Shown here piece by piece: positions 1 through 50,406 of a stretch of 64,000 nt of DNA. Each line of letters begins with the position of its first letter. The first letter of the stretch is position 1. A program made the translations under genes and the position numbers. Where the stretch lies: contig OX597820.1 of assembly GCA_951406725.2 (NCBI GenBank), positions 70,370,001-70,434,000 on the forward strand, written 5' to 3'. The notes under the pieces were generated by a model. It searched no databases and was not told the origin of the DNA. It saw only the letters and a list, made by a program, of their open reading frames with translations. This DNA comes from Octopus vulgaris. Its lineage: Eukaryota.

Positions 1-23
1 TTAATGATGCAGCACGTCATTCT

Positions 24-703
24 TATCTACTCCAGGCCCGAAATTTTGGGGGAGGGGTCCGGTCGATTTGATCGACCCCAGTGCGTAACTGGTACTTAAT
101 TTATCGACCCCGAAAGGATGAAAGGGAAAGTCGACCTCGGCGGAATTTAGACTCAGAACGTAACGGCAGACGAAAAACCGCTAAGCATTTCGCCTGGCGT
201 GCTAAAGTTTCTTCTTCCTTTACTGCCCACAAGTGGTTAAACATAGAAGGGATAAACGGATAAACAAGGACAGACAAACGGATTAAGTCGATTATATCGA
301 CCCCAGTGCGTAACTGGTACTTAATTTATCGACCCCGAAAGGATGAAAGGCACGGTCGACCTAGGCAGAATTTGAACTCAGAACATAAAGACGGACGAAA
401 TACCTATTACTTTACTACCCACAAGGGGCTAAACACAGAGAGGACAAACAAGGACAGACAAAGAGATTAAGTCGATTATATCGACGCCAGTGCGTAACTG
501 GTACTTAATTTATCGACCCCGAAAGGATGAAAGGCAAAGTCGACCACGGCGGAATTTGAGCTCAGAACGTAGCGGCGGACAAAATACGTTTAAGCATTTC
601 GCCCGGCGTGCTAACGTTTCTGCCAGCTCGCCGCCGTAAAGACGGACAAAATACCGCTAAGCATTTCGCTCGGCATACTAACGTTTCTGCCAGCTCACCG
701 CCT
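24..703 (-). mobile_element. SINE family A multimer (tRNA-like head + Nin/Deu-like core)
   Basis: Three copies of the core GTCGACTTTGCCTTTCATCCTTTCGGGGTCGATAAATTAAGTACCAG (revcomp); head GGCGAGCTGGCAGAAACGTTAGC; B-box-like GAGTTCAAATTC. Confidence 0.9.
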
Positions 704-745
704 CTGCAGCGTGTCATTATTTACACAGGCTTATACTTTCTGAGG

Positions 746-1047
746 AAGGTACATGGCCTAGTGTTTAAAGCAGCAGACTCGCGGTCGAGGAATCGCGGGT
801 TCGAATCTCAGACCGGGCGATGTGTGTGTGTTTATCAAAGAAACACCTAAGCTCCACGTGGCTCCGTCAGAAGGTAATGGCGAACTTGTGCTGATTCTTT
901 CACCACAATTTCTCTCACTCTTTTCTTCCTGTATCTTGCAGCTCACCTGCGACGGACAGGTGTCCCATCCAGGTGCGGAACCTATACGCCAAGGAAACCG
1001 GGAAACCGGGTCTTATGAACCAGGCGTGGCTCGAGAAGGAACAAACA
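746..1047 (+). mobile_element. SINE family C (tRNA-Arg-like head), tail type 1
   Basis: TGGCCTAGTG..GACTCGCGGTC..GGGTTCGAATCTC; 13-bp TSD ATACTTTCTGAGG (733-745, 1048-1060). Confidence 0.88.
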
Positions 1048-1184
1048 ATACTTTCTGAGGGCAGAGAGAGAGCGGGGGATAGAGATCAACATTTGAACAA
1101 TTGGAAACATGAAATTCATAGCTGTGTATAACAATTAACAGGAGGTAGTCAGAGGGAAGTAGTTCACAAAATGATTACTGCCTT

Positions 1185-1247
<63 letters not shown>

Positions 1248-1250
<3 letters not shown>

Positions 1251-2630
1251 TTACAAGCATTTAGTGCATCACTACACGCGTTTCCACAAATCATACGTCT
1301 CTTAAGATCATAGACTTTATTCCTGGGATGATTACAGCGTAGCCAAAATACTGTGGGCATCGGACAGATTATCATCATGGATTTACTTCTTCAGTCAATC
1401 TAACATTAGTGGATGTTTAACTGAGGGTACCCTATCTCTTTTCACAAGTGAGAAGGTTGATTGAGCAATGTGTGTATTTCTATGTGTATTTGGTGGAGAT
1501 GATAGGAAGGTGATGGAAAGAGAGGAACGATTGGTATTTATATAGGGGTGGAGGTATGTGTGTGGTGATGTTAGACTTCTTTTGCTATTCATTTTGTAGA
1601 TGCCACGGATGGCACGTTACTTTAGTATACTCCTTTGTTCTATCTCATTTAATGAATTCTGATGTAAACAGGTTTGTAGGTACAGCCATTACAGCCATCA
1701 TCTTTTAGGGTTTATTGTCTGAAACGATGAATGATACTTTCCTAGGGTGACCTTTGCATTGTTTCTGTTAGTGTAGTGTATAACATCCGAAATATTGGGT
1801 TGTTTTTTTTATTTGTTTGTGTTCCTTCCTTGCTCTATAACATGCTAAGGGCGGTTGATGTTATTCCGTTTCAAAATTCGTTTCTAGAATTTGAAAAAAA
1901 TCATTTTGAAACAGAATAGCATCAACCGCCCTTAGCATATTATAGAATAAGAAAGAGACGCACACAAATAAACATACGAACAAATATTTAGGATGCTATA
2001 CACTACACCAACAGAAACAAAGAAAAGGTCACCCTAGGAAAGTATCATTCATCAATTCAGGCATTAACTCCAACAGCCGATGACTGTAGTAGATGTACCG
2101 GATGACTTGTTTACTTCAGAATTCATTGAAGATAACAATTGCAGCGTGGAAGGTGTTTATAAGCCATTTATGAAACACACAAAACCGTTAGATTCACTTC
2201 AACATTTAAATTTAATTTGTCAAAATATTTTCGTCGCTTTGAGACCACGACCTGTTCAGTCATGCTTTAAATGAAATCGAAGAAAGGATTTTGCTAAAGT
2301 AACGTGACATTCGTGACATCTACAAACTGAATAGCAAAAAAGTCTAACATCAACACACACACCTTCCCATCCTCCCCACCAAACACACGCAGAAATAATA
2401 CCCACATACCTCAATCAACCTTCGCACTGGTCCAAAGAGATAAACGTCCCTCTGTTAAACGTTCATTAATGTTAAATCGCTTGAAGAAATGAATTCATGA
2501 AGAGGATCAACCAGATGCCCATGGATACTACGGACTACATTGTAGTCATCCCAGGAATACAGACTGTGATCTTAAGAGACAAGTAATGTGTGGAAATCCC
2601 TTGTAGCGATGCATTAAATGTTTATAAATT
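1248..2630. repeat. ~1.4-kb imperfect inverted repeat of an unidentified element, with an insertion at ~2140-2270 in the right arm
   Basis: For example GTCTCTTAAGATCA..TTCCTGGGATGA (1297-1331) vs TCATCCCAGGAA..TGATCTTAAGAGAC (2546-2580); centre ~1890. Confidence 0.85.
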
Positions 2631-2933
2631 CCATCCAAAGATTATTGTTATTATTATTAATTTATCCTACATTATATCGGTACAATTTAATGCAATCCCC
2701 TAAAACTGATTCACCAGTCAGCATCATTAGACTGTGGCCAGCATAATAGAAGAAGAGTTTTATTTGCATATTCAAAACGTTTCCAGTAAACTAAATTTAA
2801 AGGATATATACATTTTAATGATTATAAGTGTGTTTATGTATTTCTGTCAAGTTTTTGTTCTTTGTATATACAATATTTATATGAATATATATATATGCAA
2901 TATATGCAATATGTATATATATATATATATTGT

Positions 2934-3290
2934 AGTTTCAGCTCAGAGCTTGGGTATGCTGGGGCACCGCTGTTTTGCTACAGAGTTATTACTAAGAGCC
3001 TCCTCTAATATGTGGCACATGGTAAAGAATGGAGTTTGATGTCACTATCCTCATTTGCACCTCCTGCCGTGAGGTAGACTCATCTGGGACTCTCGACAGG
3101 TAGAGGTCCAATTTTGATTTGAAAACGCATACATCCACTTTGTGCAGGTACCTGAGGCTCCTTGAGAGAATATTAAAAAGCTGTATGCTCCTGAAACCTA
3201 GGCTGTTGCAATAACTGGTTCTGAAGCGCGATGGCATTGCTGGGATTTTTGGCACCATGTAGTGTCGGCCGTCCTGGCATTGGTGTAGCT
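2934..3290 (-). mobile_element. 3' fragment of a CR1-group LINE
   Basis: ORF 2992..3258 FRSIQLFNIL..VFKSKLDLYLSRVPDE..SNSIL; 3' tail GCGGTGCCCCAGCAT...CTGAAAC. Confidence 0.75.
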
Positions 3291-3307
3291 TTCAATATAT
3301 AGTTTAT

Positions 3308-3371
<64 letters not shown>

Positions 3372-4147
3372 ATATATATATACGATTTATATATATACAT
3401 ATATGCACATACACACTTATACGTACACACACACACACACACAAGTGTATATATACACATGTATATATTCACAAATGTGCGTGTGAGGGCGCGTGCGAGA
3501 TTAAAATCTAGGTGGTAGACATGCAAATATGTCAAATCTACCTATATCTCCGCAGACTGGAAAAATGACCAACAACCTTAATAGTGTTTCAACACTGAGG
3601 TTTCATTAAAAGCACTGATATCACTTGATCAATCCAAGAGAAACAAATAGCCAATCCGTTTATATATATATCAAGTTACTCATTTATATATGCGTGCGAG
3701 TTTGTGTGTGTGTGTGTATTACTGTTAGTGTGTGTGTGTGTTAGTGTATGTGTGTGTTCTAGTGCATGTGTGTGTGTGTGTGTTAGTGTGTGTGTATGAG
3801 TGTGTGTGTATGTGTGTGTGTTTCTGAATGAATGTATGTGTGTCTACGCGCGTTTTGTGTCAAATGTGTGTAAAGTCCTATGCAAAGCAGCAGCTCATTT
3901 AAAGAATGTTATAAGAACCTCCGTGAAAAAGAAACTTGCTTAACTCGTATAACTTTTGTACCGTGTTTATAGCCATTCCCCTTCTTTCCCGTTCCAAATT
4001 CTTTTAAAATGGCCTGGGTGTTACGGCACTACCCCGTTTGTCTTTGAATTGCGTTTTGTTTTTTTCTATCTCGTGCATATATTAAAGATGTCAATGATTA
4101 ACGAAAAGATGAAATCAGAATTTGAAGAAAACATACGAAATACAGAC

Positions 4148-42354
<38,207 letters not shown>

Positions 42355-43093
42355 CTGTAAATGAAGTTAGGATCAATTAGCAAAACATACAACTGCGTTG
42401 AATATGCAAATGAAAATTTAAAAGAAAATTTCATTTAAAACTAGTCGGAGAAAAATTGTACGAGATAATAAGGTTTCCTAGCAATCACGATAGAAAGAAA
42501 ATAGCTAAGCTTACTTTCAAAATGTATGATTCACACAAATATATATAGAAAATCTTATTCCAGCAAAATTAGCAATGCGCCAGTAAGGAATCCTCAAGGT
42601 GGTTGCTTGACCTGCTAGAAATAGTAGCGAAGTTTCCCTCAATTCACAATGTATCTTTAAAAAAGATACGTTTTGATAATGCAGTCCTAAAACTTGAAGG
42701 CCACAGATAGAATGATTTCGGTTAAATGTCTATTCAATTAGAGATTAGCTGAAGCTAGGTAACAATTGCCAATAAAATTATTAATTGCATTCTACTCAAG
42801 ATTACTTTTTCCAGTGACTTCAGAAATACTACACGTGTTTGCTGTTTTCAGCCCTTGCTATCTTGAAGTTAACCGTGATAAATCAGAATTAATGCCTTTA
42901 TGTTCCACCCTTGACTATTAGATTTTTAGGGGCTTTTTTTCTGAAATCAAGGATTGCATTATCGAATATGCTTTTAAAACGCAATGCGGGTTGAACCGGG
43001 AAGTATATTAATGTGAAACAACTTCTTACCCACCAAAACATGCCTACACTTCGATGTGGCGCACCGATTCATATACTATTACTTACTCATTCT

Positions 43094-44065
43094 AAGGCGG
43101 CGAGCTGGCTGAAACGTTAGCACGCCGGACGAAATGCATAGTCGTATTTCGTCTGCCGTTACGTTCTGAGTTCAAATTCCGCCGAGGTCGACTTTGCCTT
43201 TCATCCTTTCGGGGTCGATTAAATAAGTACTAGTTACGCACTGGGGTCGATATAATCTACTTAATCCGTTTGTCTGTCCCTGTTTGTCCCCTCTGTGTTT
43301 AGCTCCTTGTGGGTAATAAAGAAATAGGTATTTCACCTGACATTACGTTCTGAGTTCAAATTCCGCCGGGGTCGACTTTGCTTTTCATCCTTTCGGGGTC
43401 GATAAAATTAAGTAACAGTTGCGTTTGGGGTCGATGTGATTGACTGTCTCCCTCCCCATAAAATCCAGGCTTTGTGCCTATAGCAGAAGGGGTTACTTAG
43501 TCATTCTTTTAGGCGTGGGCGTAGCTACGTGGGAAGAAGTTTACTACCAAACGACATGGTTCTGGCTTCGGTCCCACTGGTTGGCAAATTGAAATAAAAG
43601 TCTTCCCTCGTCCAAAGCATTCAGTGAGGGTTTGTTGACGAAAACTAAAAGAAACCCGTCATGTATAAGTGTTTGAAAGGCGGCAAGCTGGCAGAATCGA
43701 TAACACGCCGGACAAAATGCTTGACAGCATTTCGTCCGTCCTTACGTTCTAAATTCAAATTCCGTCGAGGTCGACTTTGCCTTTCTTCCTTCCGGGATCG
43801 ATAAAATAAAACCAGTTTAGTAGAGGTGGGGGTCGATGTAATCGACTATCCCCCTCATCCAAACTTCAAGCCGTGTACTTATAGTATAAAGGATTACTCA
43901 GTCATTCTTAAGACAGTGATCTGGCAGAATCGTTAGCGCTTCACGTTCTGAGTTTAAATGCTGGGGAGGTCAACTTTACCTTTAATTCTTTCAGAGTCGA
44001 TAAAGTATCACCCGAGTACTGGGATCGATGTAAACGACCTATCCCTCCAACTCAAAAATTTCTGA
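43094..44065 (+). mobile_element. Cluster of SINE family A copies with a SINE B head
   Basis: A-heads at ~43094, ~43677 and ~43911; B-head at ~43511; TACT(T/C)A(C/G)TCATTCT recurs at ~43080, ~43495 and ~43895. Confidence 0.85.
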
Positions 44066-45187
44066 TATTGCGGGGGTAGGGTGGGGGTAAAACCAGCATA
44101 TGCTGTCGGTTCCCTCTGCTGATATTAGGGGTTGCATTCTATATCTTGAACCGAGAAAGGGACGGGGTTCGCCTCTTCGAGCTAGGAAATGAATGGAATG
44201 CCTGGTGAGTGTCTTGTTGTGTGCCTACCTCCTCCTAAAAAAATGGGGAATAGGCCCGAGTATATGTACGCATGTATGGCAAGGCTACATTTTAGTGATC
44301 AATCCAAAAGATGTCGAAACATATATGGCTTTGATTCCCAAACTTGCTGGAAAATTTTTTGAAACAGAATTGTTAAAGGCGCAGTCAAGACAGTATGGCG
44401 AGAACTTACGCTTTGCGACCACGAGGTTTCGGGCTTGGTTATACTGCGCGGCATCTTAGGCAGTTGTCTTCTACTTTAGCCCCAGGCCATCCAGTGACTT
44501 ACCCTTTTACACGTTTCAGTCATTTGACTGCGGCCATACTGGATCACCAACTTTAGTTGCAGAAATCGACCCCAGGAACTATTGTTCGCAAGCCTAGTAC
44601 TTATTTTATCGCTGTCTTTTGCCGATCCGCTAAGTTTCGGAGACATAAACACACCAGCATTGGTTGTCAAGCGATGCTGTTTGTCACCCGCCACCGCTTG
44701 CCAACCGGTGTTGGTGTAGTTATGTTCACATAACTTAGTGGTTCGGTAAAATGATCAATAGAATAAGTAACAAATTTTACAAAAAGAAATTATAAGTATG
44801 GTGGTCGATTCGTTAAACCAAAACTTTTCAAAGTCGCACCCCACCATGGCTGCAGTCTAATGGACTGAAACAAGTAAAAAATAAAAGACATATTTTGTAC
44901 TGCATTAACATCAAATAAACAGATACCATCAAATAAACAGATACCAAGTTACATGATAGATTCCTCTTAATTCAAATTTTACCTTACTGAATCGAATAAG
45001 CTTTTATGAAAACAGCTACAGATAATGTCTACCTGCTATAACTGTTCTCAACTGATACATTTGCTATGAACAGTGGTTACATTTTTTGTTCATATTACTG
45101 GCCACTCATAACAGGGCAGCAAGCAGCAATCATCAACAAGACAGGTCTTAGGCAGTGGCTTGGTATGTTGGAGGTTATTAGATGAAA

Positions 45188-45569
45188 GTGGAGGCGCAAT
45201 GGCCCAGTGGTTGGGATCGCGGTCATAGGATCGTGGTTTCGATTCCCAGACCGGGCGTTGTGAGTGTTTATTGGGCGAAAACACCTAAAAAGTTCCACGA
45301 GGCTCCGGCAGGGGGTGGTGATGATCCCTGCTGTACTCTTTCACCACAACTTTCTCTCACTCTTACTTCCTGTTTCTGTTGTACCTGTATTTCAAGGGGC
45401 CGGCCTTGTAACTCTCTGTGTCACGCTGAATATCCCCGAGAACTACGTTAAGGGTGCACGTGTCTGTGGAGTGCTCAGCCACTTACACGTTAATTTCACG
45501 AGCAGGCTGTTCCATTGATTCGGATCAACCGGAACCCTCATCGTCGTAACCGACGGAGTGCTTCCTAAA
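45188..45569 (+). mobile_element. SINE family C head, tail type 2
   Basis: 11-bp TSD ATTAGATGAAA (45177-45187, 45570-45580). Confidence 0.88.
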
Positions 45570-45943
45570 ATTAGATGAAAAGGAATAAAAAAAAAATTCC
45601 TATGTAAACCCGCCCTAGAAAATATAAAACAATCAACGGCGGATGATTTTTAAAAAATTTATGATCAGTTAACTAGCGAACAAGAAAGGAAGAAAGAAAA
45701 AACGAAGGAATAAATGATGAGTGAGTTTTTGTATGATCGTAGTTTGCTAAAACTACTCTTACGTACGACATATATGTTTATTCAAATATTTCTAACAGAA
45801 ATTCTTTTATAACTACAACTACTAACCCTACACCTGAGTTGCAAGTTTTCTATTTTGTGAATCAATTGCGGTTTATAACACTATATGTGTGTGTAATGGT
45901 ATAAACCGCCATTGGTTTATAGAATGGTCATATATATACTCAT

Positions 45944-45980
<37 letters not shown>

Positions 45981-46707
45981 TTGTTCCAGTCATTTGACTG
46001 TGGCCATGCTGGAGCACCGCCTTTTGTCGAGCAAATTGATCCCAGAACTTATTCTTCGTAAGCCCAATACTTATTCTATCGGACTCTTTTGCCGAACCGC
46101 TAAGTAACGGGGACGTAAACACACCAGCATCGGTTGTCAAGCGACGTTGGGGAGGACAAACACAGACGCACACACACACACACAAATATATATATATATA
46201 AATACATATATACGACGGGCTTCTTTCAGTTTCCGTCTACCAAATCCAGATAATGAAAAACATCAATATGTCAGACTGACACACAAACGAGAAGAGCATG
46301 AGGTGGTCGTGAGATGTACTAAAAATAACTGTTAAATAAGCCTTAAATCACGCACCAAAATTTTAATTGTGGGAGTGTTTTGCATAATCGTATGAATTCA
46401 TAAAAAATGTTTGAAAATTCGTAAAAATTGTTTCAAAATTTCAAAAATTAATGAGTTATGAAGGGTTATATGGTGTGGGTGAAGCGGAATTCCGTCCAAC
46501 AGGAAATCTCGCCGCCACAACCGACAGAGTTCCAGTTACATTAGTCAAATAGGGAATAAAACCATTTCCCCTCTAGCAGACAAATAGTTGTTAACGCTGT
46601 TGAGCCTTACGCTCTTCAGACAGGGTAGATCAATACTGTAACCATCTCTCACTCTATTTTGGTTTTATCTCGCTCTTCATTTGCGTCATTTAATGTCTTC
46701 TTACCTA

Positions 46708-46865
46708 CAGGAGTGGCTGTGTGGTAAGCAGCTTGCTTACGAACCACGTGGTTCCGGGTTCAGTCCCACTGCGTGGCACCTTGGGCAAGTGTCTTCTACT
46801 ATAGCCTCGGGCCGACCAAAGCTTTGTGAGTGGATTTAGTAGACGGAAGCTGAAAGAAGCCTGAC

Positions 46866-46923
<58 letters not shown>

Positions 46924-47146
46924 TTATGTATATGTTTGTGTGTCTGTGTTTGTCCCTCCCAACATCGCTTGACAACCGATGCCGGTGTGTTTACGTCCTC
47001 GTCACTTAGCGGTTCGGCAAGAGAGTCGGATAGAATAAGTACTAGGCTTACAAAGAATAAGTCCTGGGGGTCGATTTGCTCGACTAAAGGCGGTGCTCCA
47101 GCATGGCCGCAGTCAAATGACTGAAACAAATAAAAGAATAAAAGAA
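46708..47146 (+). mobile_element. SINE family B, full length
   Basis: Head GGAGTGGCTGTGTGGTAAG..CCGGGTTCAGTCCC..CCTTGGGCAAGTGTCTT; tail ..CAGTCAAATGACTGAAACAAATAAAAGAATAAAAGAA. Confidence 0.92.
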
Positions 47147-47906
47147 CATAGTTTGAATGAGATTCGACAGTTAATTCTAGCTGTACGATCCTCTAAAGGC
47201 TCTCGTCTAGGCCCATATGGGAAAATTTATAAACATATGACACACGAGATTTCCAAATTATTGATCGACTCTGAACCATCACAAGTAATCCAAAAACACT
47301 CAAAGGAAAACTGACACGCTAATTAGACAAACTTCATCGTCGAAAAAAAAAATTAATATCCGTTATTTTGATGGCTTCTACTCAAACATTTTATTCCAAC
47401 GCACACTAATTCAATACCTAGCTATTAATTTAAAACATGAAATCCTTTCTAAAAATTGTTGCATTGAATTCGAATTTTCTGTTAATTAACATTGGGAAAA
47501 TAATCGTTAAAACATGCATGTTTTCATTTATGGAGAAAACATCACACCTGTACAAAAACCTATAATTTTAAATTTAGACTTAAATAGTTATGTCAAAATC
47601 GTGCTTTAACTCACAGCGCGAATAGCGTTGTCAACGAAAGACCCTCTGCAACAACTTGGGAGTATCTATGAGCCAACAAGTTAGATTCTACCCAATCACC
47701 TGACCAGCTAGAAATAGCAACCAAATTCCTTCAAATCACATCCTATTGTGTACTCGTTGTAAATCGTAGTCCCTGATATACACACAAAAAAGACAGCGGG
47801 GTCGGGGGTCATTTTTGGAGTCACTTTGATAATATGTCTACTCAGACAGAATTTACCTGGAATTAAAACTACTAACAACTCAGTAATCAAGAACTTCACT
47901 TTAATT

Positions 47907-48047
47907 ACATTATTTAGATTATATACATTTGATGATATTTGTCCTCATCTTGTTTGTTGTTAACACAAAGTTTCGGCTGATATACCCTCCAGCGGAAATT
48001 TCGAACCTGGGTTCTCATTCCTAAGGTATTTTCCGATGTTGTTATTG

Positions 48048-48087
<40 letters not shown>

Positions 48088-48223
48088 CATTATTATTATT
48101 ATTATTATTATTATTCAGATCCCTGCCTGGAATCGAACTCGGAATCTTGAAGTTAGTAGCCCGCGCTCTTAACCAATACGGGCATACTAACCCCAAGATT
48201 CCGACTTCGATTCCAGGCAATGA

Positions 48224-48276
<53 letters not shown>

Positions 48277-48450
48277 TCGGAAAATACCTTAGGAATGAGA
48301 ACCCAGGTTCGAAATTTCCCCAAGACACCTGATGAAGGCTGGAGGGTATATCAGCCGAATTGTTGTGTTAACAACAAACAAAATGAGGACAAATATCCGT
48401 CAAATGTAAGTAATGTACATAATACCTCATCTCTTAAATATAGAGCTGTA
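47907..48450. mobile_element. Inverted dimer of a tRNA-headed, (AAT)n-containing, hammerhead-bearing retroposon
   Basis: 12-bp TSD TTCACTTTAATT (47895-47906, 48451-48462); arms are reverse complements; B-box GTTCGATTCC; hammerhead core at 48324-48369. Confidence 0.85.
48324..48369 (+). ncRNA. Minimal type-I hammerhead ribozyme motif (one core substitution)
   Basis: GACAC-CTGATGA-A-GGCTG[GAGGGTATAT]CAGCC-GAAT-TG-TT-GTGTT; sister copies keep GAAA (47960-47992 and 16142-16177, minus strand). Confidence 0.7.
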
Positions 48451-48846
48451 TTCACTTTAATTGTTTGTTTTAGGCTTCTCTGCAATTCACCAGTTTTCGA
48501 AACATATTACATTCATTCTTTACAAATTGTGTACATCGTTTTCTATAGAAGAGACTATATCTGTTTGGCTGTTTTATTTTCATGACTTATAGAAAAGAAC
48601 AGATCTTGTATGGTAGCAATTGATCGCCATCAAGACGGTTTTTAAGATTTCTGCTTCAATGAAAACATTTCCCCGATTATCTGTCGGCGATCCTACTTCA
48701 TAACTATTCCACTTCTATTTCCTTAGACATATATACACACACTTAACGTTTTCGATTAAGCATAGTGATACTAATAAATAGTTGTTATGACTCGTCATAC
48801 ATATGCTTCAGAATATAACGTTAGTTGCGTACAGAGCGTAATAGAC

Positions 48847-49415
48847 TTTTCTACTCAAAGCACAAGGCCCGAAATTTGGGGGGAGGGGGGTCAGTCAATT
48901 AGACCGACCCCAGTACGCAACTGGTACTTAATTTATCGACCCCAAAATGACGAAAGGCAAAGTCGACATCGGTGGAATGTGAACTCAGGTGAAATACCTA
49001 TTTCTTTACGACCCACAAACGGCTAAACAAAGAGGGGACAAACAAAGACAGACAAACGGATTAAGTCGATTATATCGACCCCTGTGCGTAACTGGTACTT
49101 AATCTATCGACCCCGAAATGACGAAAGGCAAAGTCAACCTCGACGGAATTTGAACTCAGAACGTAGAGACAGACGAAATACCTATTTCTTTACTACCCAC
49201 AAGGAGCTAAACACAGAGGGGACAAACAAGGACAGACAAATGGATTAATTCGATTACATCGACCCCAGTGCGTGTCTGGTACTTAATTTATCGACCCCGA
49301 AAGGATGAAAGGCAAAGTCGACCTCGGTGGAATTTGAACTCAGAACATAACGGCAGACGAAATACGGCTGCGCATTTCGCCCGGCGTGCTAACGTTTCTG
49401 CCAGCTCGCCGCCTT
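48847..49415 (-). mobile_element. SINE family A trimer
   Basis: Three cores; flanking GTACAGAGC direct repeat. Confidence 0.88.
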
Positions 49416-49638
49416 GTACAGAGCATGATATTAGTTATTGAATGAGAAGAAACAGGAATCAAGAAATGAATTTCTTTAGCTTACCGCTGTTTCAGTTATT
49501 AGAAGGAGTGGACTGCGATATGATAAGTCCTTGTAAATCATCTTATAATAGAAACAGCTGCAAGTTAATAAAGTTGAATGTTGTTCTCATTTAATAATTA
49601 TGTATGTGTGTGTTTGTGTGTGACTATGTGCGTAAAAT

Positions 49639-49967
49639 GTGAAGGCGCGTAATATAGTGGTTAGTACATTCAGTTAATGATCGTTAGGTTGTGAGTTCGA
49701 TTCCCGGCGACGCGTTGCGTTCTTGAGCAAGACACTTTATTTCACGTTGCTCTAGTCCACTCAGCTGGCAAAAATGAGTAGTACCTGTATTTCAAAATAG
49801 GGCCAGCCTTGACACACTCTGTGTCACGCTGAATCTCCTTGCAGACTACGTTAAGGGTACACATGTCTGTGGAATGCTCAGCCACTTGCACGCTAATTTC
49901 ACGAGCAAGCTGTTCCGTTGATCGTACCATATGGGACCCTCGTCGTTGTAACCGACGGAGTGCTCCT
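49639..49967 (+). mobile_element. SINE family D (different head/core), tail type 2
   Basis: 14-bp TSD TATGTGCGTAAAAT (49625-49638, 49968-49981); B-box GAGTTCGATTCC; TCTTGAGCAAGACACTT core. Confidence 0.88.
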
Positions 49968-50190
49968 TATGTGCGTAAAATATTTGTTTTTATGTTACAA
50001 TATACATATAAAAACAATTAAACATTAAACTGAGGGATTTCTTTTAGCAGGATACGTAATTATCAATTTTTACAGTGACTTCGAAGTTTCAGCTTGCTTG
50101 CCGTCATTAAACTGGAAATTTCGAAGCGATTGTCCACCCTTTCGTTGTAAGAATTAATGCGCGTGTGATGTGTAGATTAATGTGTGCGTA

Positions 50191-50406
50191 TGAAAAGCGT
50201 TGAAGAGTTCCTTGTTTTAAGGGTATCGCGAAAGACCTGGTTGGAAGCCCAAACTTCCGAGTTCTTTTACATGGCTTACAAAACCTGAAGGACTGTTGCA
50301 ATAAGTGTGTGAATGTGGGAGGGGAATAAGTTGCAGAAAATCATAATTAACTGATCCTCGTGTATTTTTTTTTTACCCAAGCCAAGAACTTTTCAGCACT
50401 CCTTCG
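50191..50406 (+). mobile_element. Mariner-derived MITE
   Basis: TA-flanked degenerate TIRs (right end revcomp CGAAGGAGTGCTGAAAAGTTCTTGGCTT); interior resembles the transposase C-terminus (WLEAQTSEFFY..NKCVNVGGE). Confidence 0.7.

Noticed and set aside
81-850. Recurring short ORFs (MRNWYLIYRPRKDER..., ..RLPNPLTRLWSARG..)
   Set aside because: Translations of SINE A and SINE B consensus sequence
47615-47645. 31-nt cag|...|gtgagt candidate microexon
   Set aside because: The frame compatible with the phase-1 PDZ exon contains a TGA stop
47857-47900. Candidate PDZ beta-A exon (ELLVVLIP|G with gtaaat donor, phase 1)
   Set aside because: No acceptor, interrupted by the TSD-flanked insertion at 47907, and no convincing homology
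48115-48225. Functional tRNA gene (also considered for SINE heads at 746, 45188, 49639)
   Set aside because: No complete acceptor stem or cloverleaf; continuous with repeat bodies and TSDs
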